From Spirochaetales bacterium (GTDB lineage: Bacteria; Spirochaetota; Spirochaetia; JABEVK01): DNA of 64,000 bases. The stretch spans positions 32,758 to 96,757 of the forward strand of contig JBAXAI010000013.1 of NCBI GenBank assembly GCA_037142615.1, in the 5' to 3' direction. Below are positions 48,603-59,209 of this stretch, one piece after another. Every line of letters begins with the position of its first letter. Within the stretch, counting starts at the first letter, position 1. The notes beneath the pieces are model-generated. The model ran no database searches. It was not told where the DNA came from and was given only the letters and a program-made list of their open reading frames with translations. The position numbers were made by a program, and so were the translations under genes.

Positions 48603-48647
48603 CGGGATTTGCGTAAAGGTATATACATGTTCATAGTTGAATGAACA
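48599..48647 (+). promoter_or_regulatory. Internal promoter before the ABC permeases, with operator-like sites
   Basis: TTGACG (48599-604), 17 nt spacer, TATACA (48622-27). AGGTATATACAT spans 48617-28, and the inverted repeat TGTTCAT-N6-ATGAACA spans 48628-47. Confidence 0.62.
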
Positions 48648-48662
48648 ATTCGGAGGACGCCT

Positions 48663-49601
48663 ATGGCCCAGCTTTCCCGGCCCAAGACCCCGCAGAGCGC
48701 AACGCGTTTGACCCCCCAGCGAGCCGTCTTGGCCCTGCGCCGCCACGGGGGGGCCTATCTGTACCTCCTGCCGGCCATCGTCCTCTTCCTGCTGTTCTCG
48801 TGGTACCCCATCGTCAGCGGGTTTGTGATCAGCTTTCAGAACATTGACCTCATCAGCGGCGAAAATGCGTTTGTGGGCCTGGCCAACTTCGAGACTGTCC
48901 TTGCCGACCCGCTCTTCTTCCGAGCCTGGGGCAATACGCTGTACTTCGTGTTTCTGGGCCTCGTGATGGGCTATTTGCTGCCGGTGGTGCTCGCCATCGC
49001 CATCAACGAGATGTACCACGGCAAGGCCTACTTCCGGCTGGCGTTTTACCTCCCGGTCATCCTGCCCCCGATGGTGTCCGTGTTGCTGTGGAAGTGGTTC
49101 TTCGACCCCGGCATGGGCCTGATGAACCTGGCCCTCGGGGTGCTGGGCATCGAGCCCCAGCAATGGATCTACTCGGCGGCTTCCGCGATGCCCTCGCTGG
49201 TGCTGATGTCGACCTGGGCCAACGTCGGCGGCACGGTGCTCCTGTATCTCGCGGCCCTGCAAGGCGTTCCGGCCTCGCTGTACGAGTCGGCCGAGCTCGA
49301 AGGCGCCTCGGTGTGGGCGCGAATCCGCCACATCCTGTTTCCGCAGATCCGGGGCGTGATGGCCATCATGTTTTTGCTGCAGATCATCGGGACCATCCAG
49401 GTGTTCACCGAACCGTTTGTCATGACCGACGGGGGCCCGGCGTACTCCACCCTCACGGTGATGCAGATTCTGTACAACTACGCCTTCCGTTACTACGACT
49501 TTGGCTCGGCGTCGGCCATCGGGCTGTTGCTGTTCGGGGTGCTTGCGGCCTTCTCGCTGCTGTACATGCGGGTCAACAAGACCGCCAACGGAGGCACCTG
49601 A
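48663..49601 (+). CDS. Carbohydrate ABC transporter permease
   Basis: FVGLANF, EAA loop LYESAELEGAS and about 6 TM segments. Confidence 0.93.
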   Translation: MAQLSRPKTPQSATRLTPQRAVLALRRHGGAYLYLLPAIVLFLLFSWYPIVSGFVISFQNIDLISGENAFVGLANFETVLADPLFFRAWGNTLYFVFLGLVMGYLLPVVLAIAINEMYHGKAYFRLAFYLPVILPPMVSVLLWKWFFDPGMGLMNLALGVLGIEPQQWIYSAASAMPSLVLMSTWANVGGTVLLYLAALQGVPASLYESAELEGASVWARIRHILFPQIRGVMAIMFLLQIIGTIQVFTEPFVMTDGGPAYSTLTVMQILYNYAFRYYDFGSASAIGLLLFGVLAAFSLLYMRVNKTANGGT

Positions 49602-49603
49602 AC

Positions 49604-50539
49604 ATGGCAAAAAAGGGTTTCTTCTGGCGGGTTTTCCTGCACAACGTCTCGGCGGCCTCCGACGAACGCGGCATCCTGTCGCGGCTGGAATTGCAGAGGC
49701 CGTCCACGGCGGTGCTGTACTTCCTGATGTTCGGTCTTTTGGCCCTGCTCACGCTCACGATGATCTTCCCGCTGTACTGGATGTTCAGCGCCAGCCTCAA
49801 GTCGTCGGTCGAAATCTCGCAAATGCCGCCGACGCTCTTCCCGGAGCAGGCCCAGTGGAGCAACTTTGTCACGGCGTGGCAGCACCTCAACTACTCGCGT
49901 TACTTCGTCAACACGGTACTCCTGGCCGCCGGGGCGGTGCTGCTCCAACTGCTGGTTTCGGCCACGGCCGCGTTCTCGCTTTCAAAGCTCAAACCCGCCT
50001 TCCAGGGTGTGCTGATGTTCTTTTTTCTCACCACGCTGATGGTGCCTTCCACCGCGTACCTGATTCCGCAGTACCTCACCGTGGTCAAGTTGCCGCTCTT
50101 GGGTTTCGGCATCCTCGACACGTGGTGGGCGGTGCTGCTGCCGGGCGCGGTGAGTGCGTTCAACATCTTCGTGCTCAAAAGTTTCTTCGATGAGATTCCG
50201 GCCGAACTGACCGATGCCGCCAAGATCGACGGTGCCAACTCGCTGACTGTTTTCCTGCGTCTGGTGCTACCCCTGTCGATGTCGGCGCTGGCTGTCATCG
50301 TCATCTTCACGGTCATCGGCTCGTGGAAAGACTTCTTTTGGCCCTTCCTGGTGCTCAGCACCGCGTCGAACCAGCCCATCATGGTGGCGCTGTTCCGCCT
50401 GACCAACCAGTCGGTGGGTGAGCCCATGAACCTCGTCATCGCCGGGCTTTCCATCGCGAGCATTCCCCCCATCATCCTGTTCCTGATCTTCCAAAAGCAA
50501 ATCCTCAAAGGAATTACCCTCAGCGGGATCAAAGGTTAG
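49604..50539 (+). CDS. Carbohydrate ABC transporter permease
   Basis: FPLYWM, EAA loop ELTDAAKIDGAN, WKDFFWP and terminal GIKG. Confidence 0.93.
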   Translation: MAKKGFFWRVFLHNVSAASDERGILSRLELQRPSTAVLYFLMFGLLALLTLTMIFPLYWMFSASLKSSVEISQMPPTLFPEQAQWSNFVTAWQHLNYSRYFVNTVLLAAGAVLLQLLVSATAAFSLSKLKPAFQGVLMFFFLTTLMVPSTAYLIPQYLTVVKLPLLGFGILDTWWAVLLPGAVSAFNIFVLKSFFDEIPAELTDAAKIDGANSLTVFLRLVLPLSMSALAVIVIFTVIGSWKDFFWPFLVLSTASNQPIMVALFRLTNQSVGEPMNLVIAGLSIASIPPIILFLIFQKQILKGITLSGIKG

Positions 50540-50542
50540 TCC

Positions 50543-52678
50543 ATGCACAGTTTTGACGCTCAGGCCGACGCGCTTTTGGCGCAGATGACCCTGGAAGAAA
50601 AAATCGCCCAGCTGGGCCATCAGGCTCCCGCCATCGAACGGCTCGGGCTACCCGAACACAACTGGTGGAACGAGGGCATGCACGGCATCAGCCGCGCCGG
50701 CATTGCGACGGTGTTCCCCCAGTCCATCGCCATGGCGGCAGCGTGGGACCCCGAAGCGTTGCAGCGCGTCGCCGACGTGGTGAGCACCGAGGCCCGGGCC
50801 AAGCACCACGAGTTTGCCCGCCACGGCGACCGGGGCATTTACAAGGGCCTTTCGCTGTGGAGCCCCAACATCAACCTTTACCGCGACCCGCGCTGGGGCC
50901 GGGGCCACGAGACCTACGGCGAAGACCCGTACCTGACCGGCCAGCTGGTACAGGCCTTTGTGCGTGGGGCCCAGGGAGACGACCCCGCGTACCTCAAAAC
51001 CATCGCGACCCCCAAGCACTTCGCCGTGCATTCCGGCCCCGAAAAGGACCGCCACAGTTTCAACGCCACGGCGTCGGCCCGCGACCTTAACGAGACCTAC
51101 CTGCCGGCCTTTCGCCGGAGCGTCGAAGCCGGTGCCGCCTCGATCATGGGCGCTTACAACCGCCTCAACGGTGAGGCTTGCTGCGCCAGCGCGTGGCTGC
51201 TGAAAAGTATCCTCCGCGACGAAATGGGCTTCGACGGGTTTGTGGTGTCGGACTGCGGCGCGATCGCCGACATCGCGCTGCACCACAAACTGGCTGCCGA
51301 CCTGGCCGGTGCAGCTGCCCAAGCCCTTGTGGCGGGCTGCGACCTCAGCTGCGGGTGCGAAAACGACGACCTGCCCCAGGCCTTGGCGCGCGGCGAAATC
51401 ACCGAGGCGGTGATCGACCTTGCCGTGCGCCGCCTTCTGCGGGCCCGCTTTGCGCTCGGCTTGGTCGATGGCCAGAAAACCCCGTGGGACGAAACCCCCT
51501 ATGACGTGCTCGACAGCGCTGCGCATCGGGCGCTCGCCCGTGAGATGGCCGCCGCCGGCACCGTGCTTTTGCAGAACAACGGCGTATTGCCCTTGGCCAG
51601 GGAGATCACCTCGATCGCGGTCATCGGCCCCAACGCCCGCAGTTTTGAGGCGTTGCTGGCCAACTACTACGGAACCCCCTCGCACTACGTCACACCCCTC
51701 GATGGCATCAGGGCTGCCGTAAGTGGCGCCACCAAAGTCACTTACGCCGAAGGTTGCCACCACACTAAGTCGAGCGACAACTCGTGGGGCGAGCGTGCCC
51801 GGGCCGGGTTTTCCGAAGCAGTCATCGCCGCCGAGCGCTCGGAAGTCGTGGTGCTGGTTCTAGGCCTCACCGCGCTGCTCGAGGGCGAAGAAGGCGATGC
51901 CGCCAACTCCGATGGGGGAGGCGACCGTGTGCGGCTGACGTTGCCCGGCGTTCAGGAAGACCTGCTGCGAGCGGTGCTCAAGGTTGGCAAGCCGGTGGTG
52001 CTGGTGCTGCTCAACGGCGGCTGCGTGCAATTGCCACCCGAGGCCGCCCAGTGTGCCGCCGTCCTCGAAGCTTGGTATCCGGGCGAGGAGGGTGGCTCTG
52101 GTCTCGCCGATGTTCTGTTCGGCGACGTGAACCCCAGCGGACGCCTGCCGGTCACGTTCTACCAAAGCGTTGCCGACCTGCCGCCTTTCCACGACTATTC
52201 CATGCGCGAACGGACCTACCGGTTCTTCTCGGGCGAGGCGGCGTTCCCGTTCGGGTTCGGCCTTTCGTACACGCGGTTCGAGTACGACCAGTTCACTGTG
52301 CCCACGAGCGTGGCCTGCGGGGCCGACGTCAGTCTCAGTGTCTGCGTCACCAACCAAGGTTCGCGCGACGGCCACGAGGTGGTTCAACTGTACGCTGGCC
52401 GTCAGTTGGTGGCCTTCCGCAAGGTGTTCGTTGCCCGGGGCCAACGCGTCACGGTGCAACTCACCGCCGAAGCCCGCGACTTCGCCAAGGTGCACTCCGA
52501 CGGGCATTCCAGCGTCGCGCCGGGGAGCCTGCACCTGTCGGTGGGGGGCCATCAACCCGACGCGGTGAGCACCCGCCTGGCTGGCTCGGCCAACCTCAAC
52601 GCCACTGTTGGGCTGCTAGGCGACGAGTTCAAGATTTTGGGGCCGTTGCCGACTTCGGTCGAGCCTGGGTCAGCATGA
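50543..52678 (+). CDS. GH3 beta-glycosidase (beta-xylosidase-like clade), cytoplasmic
   Basis: Motifs WSPNINLYRDPRWGRGHETYGEDP, KHF, VSDC (nucleophile), EGEEGD and FGFGLSYT. Confidence 0.93.
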   Translation: MHSFDAQADALLAQMTLEEKIAQLGHQAPAIERLGLPEHNWWNEGMHGISRAGIATVFPQSIAMAAAWDPEALQRVADVVSTEARAKHHEFARHGDRGIYKGLSLWSPNINLYRDPRWGRGHETYGEDPYLTGQLVQAFVRGAQGDDPAYLKTIATPKHFAVHSGPEKDRHSFNATASARDLNETYLPAFRRSVEAGAASIMGAYNRLNGEACCASAWLLKSILRDEMGFDGFVVSDCGAIADIALHHKLAADLAGAAAQALVAGCDLSCGCENDDLPQALARGEITEAVIDLAVRRLLRARFALGLVDGQKTPWDETPYDVLDSAAHRALAREMAAAGTVLLQNNGVLPLAREITSIAVIGPNARSFEALLANYYGTPSHYVTPLDGIRAAVSGATKVTYAEGCHHTKSSDNSWGERARAGFSEAVIAAERSEVVVLVLGLTALLEGEEGDAANSDGGGDRVRLTLPGVQEDLLRAVLKVGKPVVLVLLNGGCVQLPPEAAQCAAVLEAWYPGEEGGSGLADVLFGDVNPSGRLPVTFYQSVADLPPFHDYSMRERTYRFFSGEAAFPFGFGLSYTRFEYDQFTVPTSVACGADVSLSVCVTNQGSRDGHEVVQLYAGRQLVAFRKVFVARGQRVTVQLTAEARDFAKVHSDGHSSVAPGSLHLSVGGHQPDAVSTRLAGSANLNATVGLLGDEFKILGPLPTSVEPGSA

Positions 52679-54312
52679 GGGCAGGCCCTCTTGTGTTTCT
52701 CGCTCTCGCGCTGGCCCTCATCCCGGGTGCAGCCGTCGCCCAAACCTACCAGTTCCGCGTCGATTTCACCCAAACCGGAGAACCCGTCAACCGGGCGCTC
52801 TTCTCGCTGGTCAACTTTCAGCACCTGTGGGCCGACTATGGCCCGCGCGCGCTCGAAACCTTCCGCGCGCTGAAGCCGCAGGGCAGCCAGGCCCGCACCG
52901 AAACCCTCATCGACCAGATGGAACCCGTCAACGACGATGGCGACCCCAACCACTTCACCTGGAGCGGCTTCCGCACCGACCGCATGTACCGTTTTGTGAA
53001 CGACAAGGCTGGGACGTTCTTCTCGGCCATGCTTTCCGAGGGAATGGAGCCGGTGCTCCTGTTGTGCTACAACACGCCGTGGCTGGCGGCCGGGGGTCAG
53101 CTCAACGAGCCTCCCACCGACCTGAAGGAGTGGGCCGAGTTTGCGGCCGCCGTGGTGGCCCGGGAACCGCGGGTGAAGTACCTCGAGATCTGGAACGAAC
53201 CCTCGGGGCAGGGCGTGTACTGGAAGGGTTCGATGGACACCTACTACCAGCTGTTCAACACCGTCGCCGACCGCATTCACCGCGACTATCCTGGGGTCAA
53301 GGTCGGCGGTCCCTCGGTCCTCGGCGGGCAGACGGTCGCCATGCGCGAGTTTATCGTGCAGTGCGGAAGTCGAGCCGACTACTTCACTATCCATCTGTAC
53401 GACGATGACCCTTACCTTACCACCAAAAAGCTCAAGAACTGGAACCAGCTCATCCAGAAGCTCACGGGCAAAACAGGGCCACAACTCCTTGTCACCGAAG
53501 GGGATGACTCGCGGATTTCCGACCCGGCCGAAAAGCTTCGCTACCTGCTGGTGCGTCAGTTCGAACTGCTCGCCCTCCAGGACCAGGTGCTGGGCTTTCA
53601 CCAGTTCAGCCTGCCGGAATACGAAGTGTATGGGCTGGTTCGGCCCGATGGTTCGCCCGTCGACAAGAACTACTGGGCCTACTGGTTGATGCGTGATCTG
53701 CGCGGCAACCTCGTCGCGTCTCAGGCTCAAAAAGACGGCGCGCCCCTCTCCACCAACGCGCGCAATGTGGCTCTGCCAGCGTACGTCGCTGCGACCCGCG
53801 ACGGCGATAACTTGCAGGCCGTGTTGCTCTTGAACGACCCGGCGTCCCCCCCCGGCAAGGTCGTTGTTCAGCTGACCCTTCCCGCCGTCCCAACCGCACG
53901 GCAACTGCGGATCGACCGCGTCAATGGCGGGGAGCGCGAAGTGGTCCAGTTCCGCCGTCTCGAGCCCGGTCAAACCAGCCTGTCCCTGGAGCTCAGTTCC
54001 CGGTTTGGCGACGCGTTTTCGGTGGCGCTGTCGCCGGTTGCGGGCAGCCTGAACCTGCAAACCTCTGCCACGGCGACGACCGTTCTCAATGGGACCCTCG
54101 AAGTCGCGACGGGCAAGCTGTGGTTGCACACTTTGGGGCCATTGGGCGAGCTCTTGCAACCGGGCCAGGACCTCGGCACCGTCAGCGTGGCTCCAGGAGC
54201 TTCTACGAAACTCAGTCTTGGGGTCCAGCAAAACTCCCCGTTGCAGACGCGGCTGGTTGTCCTGCGTGGACCGGCAAACGCGATCCTGGCGCAGTCCCTG
54301 CCCTTCCGTTAG
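52675..54312 (+). CDS. Secreted GH39-like glycoside hydrolase, paralogue of 39273..41882
   Basis: Signal peptide, [27 protein letters not shown] and LVTEG. ATGA overlap with the GH3 gene. Confidence 0.82.
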   Translation: MRAGPLVFLALALALIPGAAVAQTYQFRVDFTQTGEPVNRALFSLVNFQHLWADYGPRALETFRALKPQGSQARTETLIDQMEPVNDDGDPNHFTWSGFRTDRMYRFVNDKAGTFFSAMLSEGMEPVLLLCYNTPWLAAGGQLNEPPTDLKEWAEFAAAVVAREPRVKYLEIWNEPSGQGVYWKGSMDTYYQLFNTVADRIHRDYPGVKVGGPSVLGGQTVAMREFIVQCGSRADYFTIHLYDDDPYLTTKKLKNWNQLIQKLTGKTGPQLLVTEGDDSRISDPAEKLRYLLVRQFELLALQDQVLGFHQFSLPEYEVYGLVRPDGSPVDKNYWAYWLMRDLRGNLVASQAQKDGAPLSTNARNVALPAYVAATRDGDNLQAVLLLNDPASPPGKVVVQLTLPAVPTARQLRIDRVNGGEREVVQFRRLEPGQTSLSLELSSRFGDAFSVALSPVAGSLNLQTSATATTVLNGTLEVATGKLWLHTLGPLGELLQPGQDLGTVSVAPGASTKLSLGVQQNSPLQTRLVVLRGPANAILAQSLPFR

Positions 54313-54380
54313 CAGGGGAGCCGATGGTTGTGAAGGGCGGCCGGGTGCACTACAATCGACGCGATACCTCGACTCCAAGG

Positions 54381-56228
54381 ATGAACCTCATGTCGCTGCT
54401 CTCGCGTGTCTTCGGCCGCTTTTCGATCCGCAAGAAGATCCTTCTGACCGTCAGCCTGCTCTGGTTGCTCGGGTCGACCCTGTTGGTCACCCTGGCCTAC
54501 TTTCAGGCCAAAAACGATCTGGAAGAGGGCATCCGAACGCGGGCCCGTGAAACCGTCGCCCTCGGTGCCCTGAGCGTTCCTGTCGAAGCGCACGCCCGGC
54601 TTCTGGGTTCGGCTGATCAGGATTCCGCCGACTACGCTGCGGTTTTCAAGGTCCTGCAAGCCATCCAAAAGAACAATGCCGACATCCGCTACCTCTACAC
54701 GGTCCGCAAGAACCAGGCCGGAAAAATCGTCTTCGTTACCGACGCGACCGATCCGACCGACAACCCGTCGCTCATCGGAGACCCTGTCGAAACGGCAACG
54801 GCCCTTCTCAAACAGTCGGTGGAGGGACTCGGGGCAGCAGTGGTCGAAAAAGACTTCTACACCGACCAGTGGGGGACCTTCTGGACTGCCTATGCGCCGC
54901 TGGTGTCGGCCGACGGCAAGTTTGAGGGTTTGCTCTGTGCCGACATCGAAGCTTCGACGGTCCAAACGATTCTGCGCAATCACCTCAACGACCTCATCGG
55001 ACTGATCTTCGTCAGCCTGCTGCTGCTCATCCCCGTTTGGCTTGTCGTCACGCGCAGTGTTGTTCAGCCCTTGCGCGAATGCGTTGTCGCTACCGACCTT
55101 CTGGCCAAAAGTGACTACACTCGGCCGCTTCGTCCTGGCCTGGTTCGGCGCGATGACGAGATCGGCGACTTGGCACGGTCCTTTTCGACCTTGATGGACA
55201 ATACCCGGCAGCTGATTCGCAGCATTCACTCGCAGGCAGAAATCCTTGCCGGCGTGGGCGACGACCTCAACGGCCAGATGCAGAGCGCTGCGGTTTCGGC
55301 CCGTGCGATTGCCGGCAACATGGGCCTGATCCAGCAAAACTCCCATCAACAGTTTGCCGGGGTCACCAAGGCAGGGGCCACCGTCCAGCAGATCTCCCTG
55401 AGCATCCAGCAGGCAGCGGGCCTGATCGAGCGGCAGGCCGGTTGCGTCGCGACTTCGTCGGCAGCCATCGAGCAGATGCTCGCCAGCCTCACTACGGCTG
55501 CCAACAACCTCGAAAGGAACGCCGGCAACGTGCGCAGCCTCAGTTCCAGTTCCGAACGGGGCAAGTCAGACATGGGCCAGGTTTCGGCAAGGATTCGCCA
55601 CCTCGCCAAGGAATCCGAAGGGCTCTTGGCGGTCAGCGAAGTCATTAAGGACATCGCCGCCCAGACCAACCTGCTTTCGATGAACGCCGCCATCGAGGCT
55701 GCTCATGCCGGGGCTTCGGGCCGCGGTTTCGCTGTTGTCGCCGACGAAATCCGCAAACTTGCCCAATCGTCGGCCACCCAAGCCGCCACCGTCACGGCTT
55801 CGCTGAAGTCCCTCCAGCGCTCGATGGAGGAGGCCGCCAAATCGTCCGACGAGGTCCTGCGCCAGTTCGAAGACATCGATTCCCAGGTCGGCATGGTAGC
55901 GGTTCAAGAGCAGCAGATCCGCCAGTCGCTCACCGAACTGGATCAGGGCAGCAACGAAATTCTCCAAAGTCTCGCGGTCCTGAAAGAAGTCACCGCTGAG
56001 GTCAGGTCCGGCTCGGAGCAGATGTTCGTCGAAAGCCGTGAGGTGATTCAGGAAAGCGCGGGGCTGGCAACTTTGGCCCGGGAGGTGGTCGACAAGGTCG
56101 ACCGGGTTTCTGACGAGACAACCCAGGTCGCCGAGGTCGTTCAGAAAGTTCAGGTCCTCAGCGCCACCAACAAGGGTTGCATCGGCGAGCTCGTCCAGGA
56201 GGCGCTCCGATTTCGGGTTGAGGCCTGA
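54381..56228 (+). CDS. Methyl-accepting chemotaxis protein (Cache-like sensor, HAMP)
   Basis: Two TM segments, [19 protein letters not shown] and [17 protein letters not shown]...[13 protein letters not shown]. Confidence 0.95.
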   Translation: MNLMSLLSRVFGRFSIRKKILLTVSLLWLLGSTLLVTLAYFQAKNDLEEGIRTRARETVALGALSVPVEAHARLLGSADQDSADYAAVFKVLQAIQKNNADIRYLYTVRKNQAGKIVFVTDATDPTDNPSLIGDPVETATALLKQSVEGLGAAVVEKDFYTDQWGTFWTAYAPLVSADGKFEGLLCADIEASTVQTILRNHLNDLIGLIFVSLLLLIPVWLVVTRSVVQPLRECVVATDLLAKSDYTRPLRPGLVRRDDEIGDLARSFSTLMDNTRQLIRSIHSQAEILAGVGDDLNGQMQSAAVSARAIAGNMGLIQQNSHQQFAGVTKAGATVQQISLSIQQAAGLIERQAGCVATSSAAIEQMLASLTTAANNLERNAGNVRSLSSSSERGKSDMGQVSARIRHLAKESEGLLAVSEVIKDIAAQTNLLSMNAAIEAAHAGASGRGFAVVADEIRKLAQSSATQAATVTASLKSLQRSMEEAAKSSDEVLRQFEDIDSQVGMVAVQEQQIRQSLTELDQGSNEILQSLAVLKEVTAEVRSGSEQMFVESREVIQESAGLATLAREVVDKVDRVSDETTQVAEVVQKVQVLSATNKGCIGELVQEALRFRVEA

Positions 56229-56305
56229 ACGCGAGTTTCTCATTCGGCTTGACTTCTCGCCCAGACCGGCTGAAACTGGAGTCGGCCCAAGGTAGCCTAT
56301 TCCTG

Positions 56306-57556
56306 ATGCTTCGACGGCTCTGCCTCTTGTTGCTTCCAGTGGTGCTTTTAGCGGGTTGCCAACCCGACGACAAGTCAACGTTGCGCGTCTGGGACACGTA
56401 TACGGGCGAGAGGCAAAGTGCGGCCATGGATGCGCAGATCAGCCGCTATCACGAGGCCCACCCCAACGTCACCATTGTGCGGACGTCTCAGGCGGTCGAG
56501 AGGATGCGTGAGTCCGTTCGGCTGCTGCTGGGAACCGATTCCGGTCCCGATGTGCTCAACTACGACACGGGTCCCGCCTACGCTGGCGCGCTGGCCAAAG
56601 CGGGACTTCTAGCTCCCCTCGATGGGGCCTATCAGCGCTACGATTGGAGCCGGCGTTTCTTCCCCTGGACCAAAGATCGGGTCACCTTCGGCACGAAGGT
56701 CTACGGCATCGGCAACGAAATCGAGTTTCTCGGGGTCTATTACAACAAGAAGATTTTTGCCCAGTTGAATCTTGACGAACCAAAAACCTACGACGAGTTC
56801 CTGCTTCTGTGCGACAAGATCAAGAGTGCGGGCTACACCCCCATTGCTTTCGCCGACGCCGCCCGCTGGCCTGCTTTCCACCAGTTCAGTCTGCTCGCGA
56901 ACAACGTCGTCGGTCAGGCCAAGCTCGAAAACATGCTTTTTGCCGGAAGCAGTTGGGACACCCCGGCAGTTGTGCAGTCCATCCGTATGTTTTTTGTCGA
57001 CATGAACCGTGCCGGCTACTTTCTCAAGAATCCAAATTTGCTTTCGTACGAGGACGGCAACGCTGCCTTCTACAAGGGCAAAGCGGCAATGCAAATGACT
57101 GGCAGTTGGTTGCTGTCCGAAATGGAAACCCGCCCCCAGGGCTTTGAAGCCGGCTACTTTCTCTTTCCCTCAGTGGACGGCAAACCAGTCCTTCCTCCCG
57201 GGGGGCTCGGCTCGGGCTACTTCGTGGCTTCGAACACGAAGTTCCCCAAGCAGGCCGAAGCGTTCCTCGACGACCTGTTTTCGCAGCAGAACGGTGCGTT
57301 TTGGCTCGAGGACATGGCCCTTATCCCGCCCTTGCCCGTCGAGGTCGGCAAGCTCAAACTTTCCCCGCTGATGAAAGACGCCCTGACAACGTTTTCTGTC
57401 GTCCCCCTGGGCTACAACATCGACGTCCTCGCTGGCACCCGGTTCAACGCAGTCCAGTCAGCCGGCTACCAGGCCGTACTTCAGGGCCTCGAAACCCCAG
57501 AAGAGCTGGCCCGCGACCTGCAAATCGCCTGGCAACAAGACCAAGCGCAGCCGTAG
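56306..57556 (+). CDS. Sugar-type solute-binding lipoprotein with no adjacent permease
   Basis: Lipobox LAGC, YYNKKIF, PKTYDEF and FYKGKAAMQMTGSW. Confidence 0.9.
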   Translation: MLRRLCLLLLPVVLLAGCQPDDKSTLRVWDTYTGERQSAAMDAQISRYHEAHPNVTIVRTSQAVERMRESVRLLLGTDSGPDVLNYDTGPAYAGALAKAGLLAPLDGAYQRYDWSRRFFPWTKDRVTFGTKVYGIGNEIEFLGVYYNKKIFAQLNLDEPKTYDEFLLLCDKIKSAGYTPIAFADAARWPAFHQFSLLANNVVGQAKLENMLFAGSSWDTPAVVQSIRMFFVDMNRAGYFLKNPNLLSYEDGNAAFYKGKAAMQMTGSWLLSEMETRPQGFEAGYFLFPSVDGKPVLPPGGLGSGYFVASNTKFPKQAEAFLDDLFSQQNGAFWLEDMALIPPLPVEVGKLKLSPLMKDALTTFSVVPLGYNIDVLAGTRFNAVQSAGYQAVLQGLETPEELARDLQIAWQQDQAQP

Positions 57557-57590
57557 CGAACGATTTTTTACGAATTTTCCGGCCTATCGC

Positions 57591-57618
57591 TCAAGTACCC
57601 CCCCTAACGCGCCGATGG
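57591..57618 (+). promoter_or_regulatory. sigma28 (FliA)-type promoter of flaB
   Basis: TCAAG (57591-95) and GCCGATGG (57611-18) upstream of a flagellin gene. Confidence 0.7.
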
Positions 57619-57718
57619 TAACTCCGGAGGTAAGTAAGGATACGAGCCTCCAAGATCGTTTTCCGACGTCTCCTGGGCTTGCCCGGGGGTACCGACGTAA
57701 TATTCAAGGAGGAATATT

Positions 57719-58579
57719 ATGATCATCAACCACAACATGAGCGCCATCAACGCTCAGCGTGTGCAGGGCGACTCCGTGAAGGAAGTCACCAAGAGCATGG
57801 AGAAGCTTTCGTCCGGGCTGCGGATCAACCGTGCCGGCGACGATGCTTCCGGACTGGCTGTGTCTGAAAAGATGCGGTCGCAGATCCGCGGTTTGAACCA
57901 GGCCTCCCGCAACGCCTCTGACGGAATCTCGTTCCTTCAGACGACGGAAGGGTACCTGCAAGAAACCCAGGACGTCCTCCAGCGCTTGCGGGAACTGTCC
58001 GTCCAGTCGTCCAACGGGATCTACACGGCGAAGGATCGCCAGCAGATCCAGGTCGAAGTCAGCCAGTTGGTAGACGAAATCGACCGCGTAGCATCGCATG
58101 CCCAGTTCAACGGCATGAATATGCTGACCGGTTCGTTTGCCAAGTCGGAAGGGACCAACAACCCCAGCGCGTCGATCTACTTCCACATCGGAGCCAATGT
58201 GGATCAGCGCACCCGGGTGTATGTCGGAACCATGACCTCTGCAGCCCTCGGTCTGAAGGATTCAGCATCGGCCGCCAAGATTTCGCTCGGGACTCCCGAC
58301 GAAGCCAACCGCGCCATCATGACCTTCGACACGGCTCTCAACAAGGTCAGCAAACAACGCGCCGACCTCGGTGCCTACCAGAACCGCCTCGAGTTCGCGG
58401 TCAAGGGCATTGATATCAGCGCCGAAAACCTGCAGGCCAGTGAAAGCCGCATCCGCGACGTCGACATGGCGAAGCAGATGGTCGACTACACCAAGAACCA
58501 GATTCTGGTTCAGTCGGGCAACGCCATGTTGGCTCAGGCCAATCAGCGTTCGCAGTCGACCCTCCAGCTCCTGGGCTAA
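57719..58579 (+). CDS. flaB: Periplasmic flagellar core flagellin
   Basis: [10 protein letters not shown]-terminus, [31 protein letters not shown] and [12 protein letters not shown]; 286 aa. Confidence 0.96.
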   Translation: MIINHNMSAINAQRVQGDSVKEVTKSMEKLSSGLRINRAGDDASGLAVSEKMRSQIRGLNQASRNASDGISFLQTTEGYLQETQDVLQRLRELSVQSSNGIYTAKDRQQIQVEVSQLVDEIDRVASHAQFNGMNMLTGSFAKSEGTNNPSASIYFHIGANVDQRTRVYVGTMTSAALGLKDSASAAKISLGTPDEANRAIMTFDTALNKVSKQRADLGAYQNRLEFAVKGIDISAENLQASESRIRDVDMAKQMVDYTKNQILVQSGNAMLAQANQRSQSTLQLLG

Positions 58580-58593
58580 GGCAGACTCTCACC

Positions 58594-58632
58594 AAAAAAA
58601 AGGCTGGCCCACGAGGGGTCAGCCTTTTTTTT
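58594..58632. terminator. Bidirectional intrinsic terminator
   Basis: A8, GGCTGGCCC, short loop, GGGTCAGCC, T8, between convergent genes. Confidence 0.92.
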
Positions 58633-58636
58633 GGCC

Positions 58637-59059
58637 TCAATCGACGATCAGGTAGCCGACCATCTCGTCATGGCCATGGCCACACTGGACGCCGCAGTAG
58701 TACTGGAACTTCCCGGCCACCGTCAGCTTGACGGTTTTGGGGACCCCATCCTTCAGGTTCATCTTGTAGCCGTCGTCCATCTTGGCGCTATGGAGCCCCA
58801 CGGTGTTCTTCAGCGTGATATTGAGCGTGTCGCCCAATTTGCCATGAATCTCTTCAGGCGTGAACTTCCAGCTCTTGGCGTCCAAGACGACGGTGATCAC
58901 CACCCCCGTGTCCTTCACCTCGGCAACAACGGGAGCCGGGGCCGTCGCGGGCGTTGCCTCCGCTGCCTTCGCCGGGGCGGGGCTGTTGTTTCCGCACGAC
59001 AGGATCAGAAGTGAGGCGGCCAGAGCCGAAAGGAGCAAAACGCTCCGCATAAATCTCAT
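58637..59059 (-). CDS. Stand-alone CuA-type cupredoxin lipoprotein
   Basis: AGGAG SD, lipobox ILSC, an upstream His (GLHSA) and CxxxCxxxHxxM (CGVQCGHGHDEM). Confidence 0.85.
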   Translation of the reverse strand: MRFMRSVLLLSALAASLLILSCGNNSPAPAKAAEATPATAPAPVVAEVKDTGVVITVVLDAKSWKFTPEEIHGKLGDTLNITLKNTVGLHSAKMDDGYKMNLKDGVPKTVKLTVAGKFQYYCGVQCGHGHDEMVGYLIVD

Positions 59060-59161
59060 AGGAATCTCCTTGACAGCGATCATAAGGCCAAAAACCCGAC
59101 TTGGGAATGTTTGCCTTAACATTTTGTTTGACGATTCCTGATTTCGCCAGTAATCTTCATA

Positions 59162-59187
59162 AAGATGATGAAAACAGTCATCATCTT
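59162..59187. promoter_or_regulatory. Perfect 10-bp inverted repeat between divergent genes
   Basis: AAGATGATGA-AAACAG-TCATCATCTT. Confidence 0.6.
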
Positions 59188-59209
59188 AATCCCAATAAGG
59201 AGTCTTCGA

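Noticed and set aside
41894-50539. Missing ABC ATPase as a sign of a broken transporter
   Set aside because: Carbohydrate ABC systems commonly share an MsmK/MalK-type ATPase encoded elsewhere.
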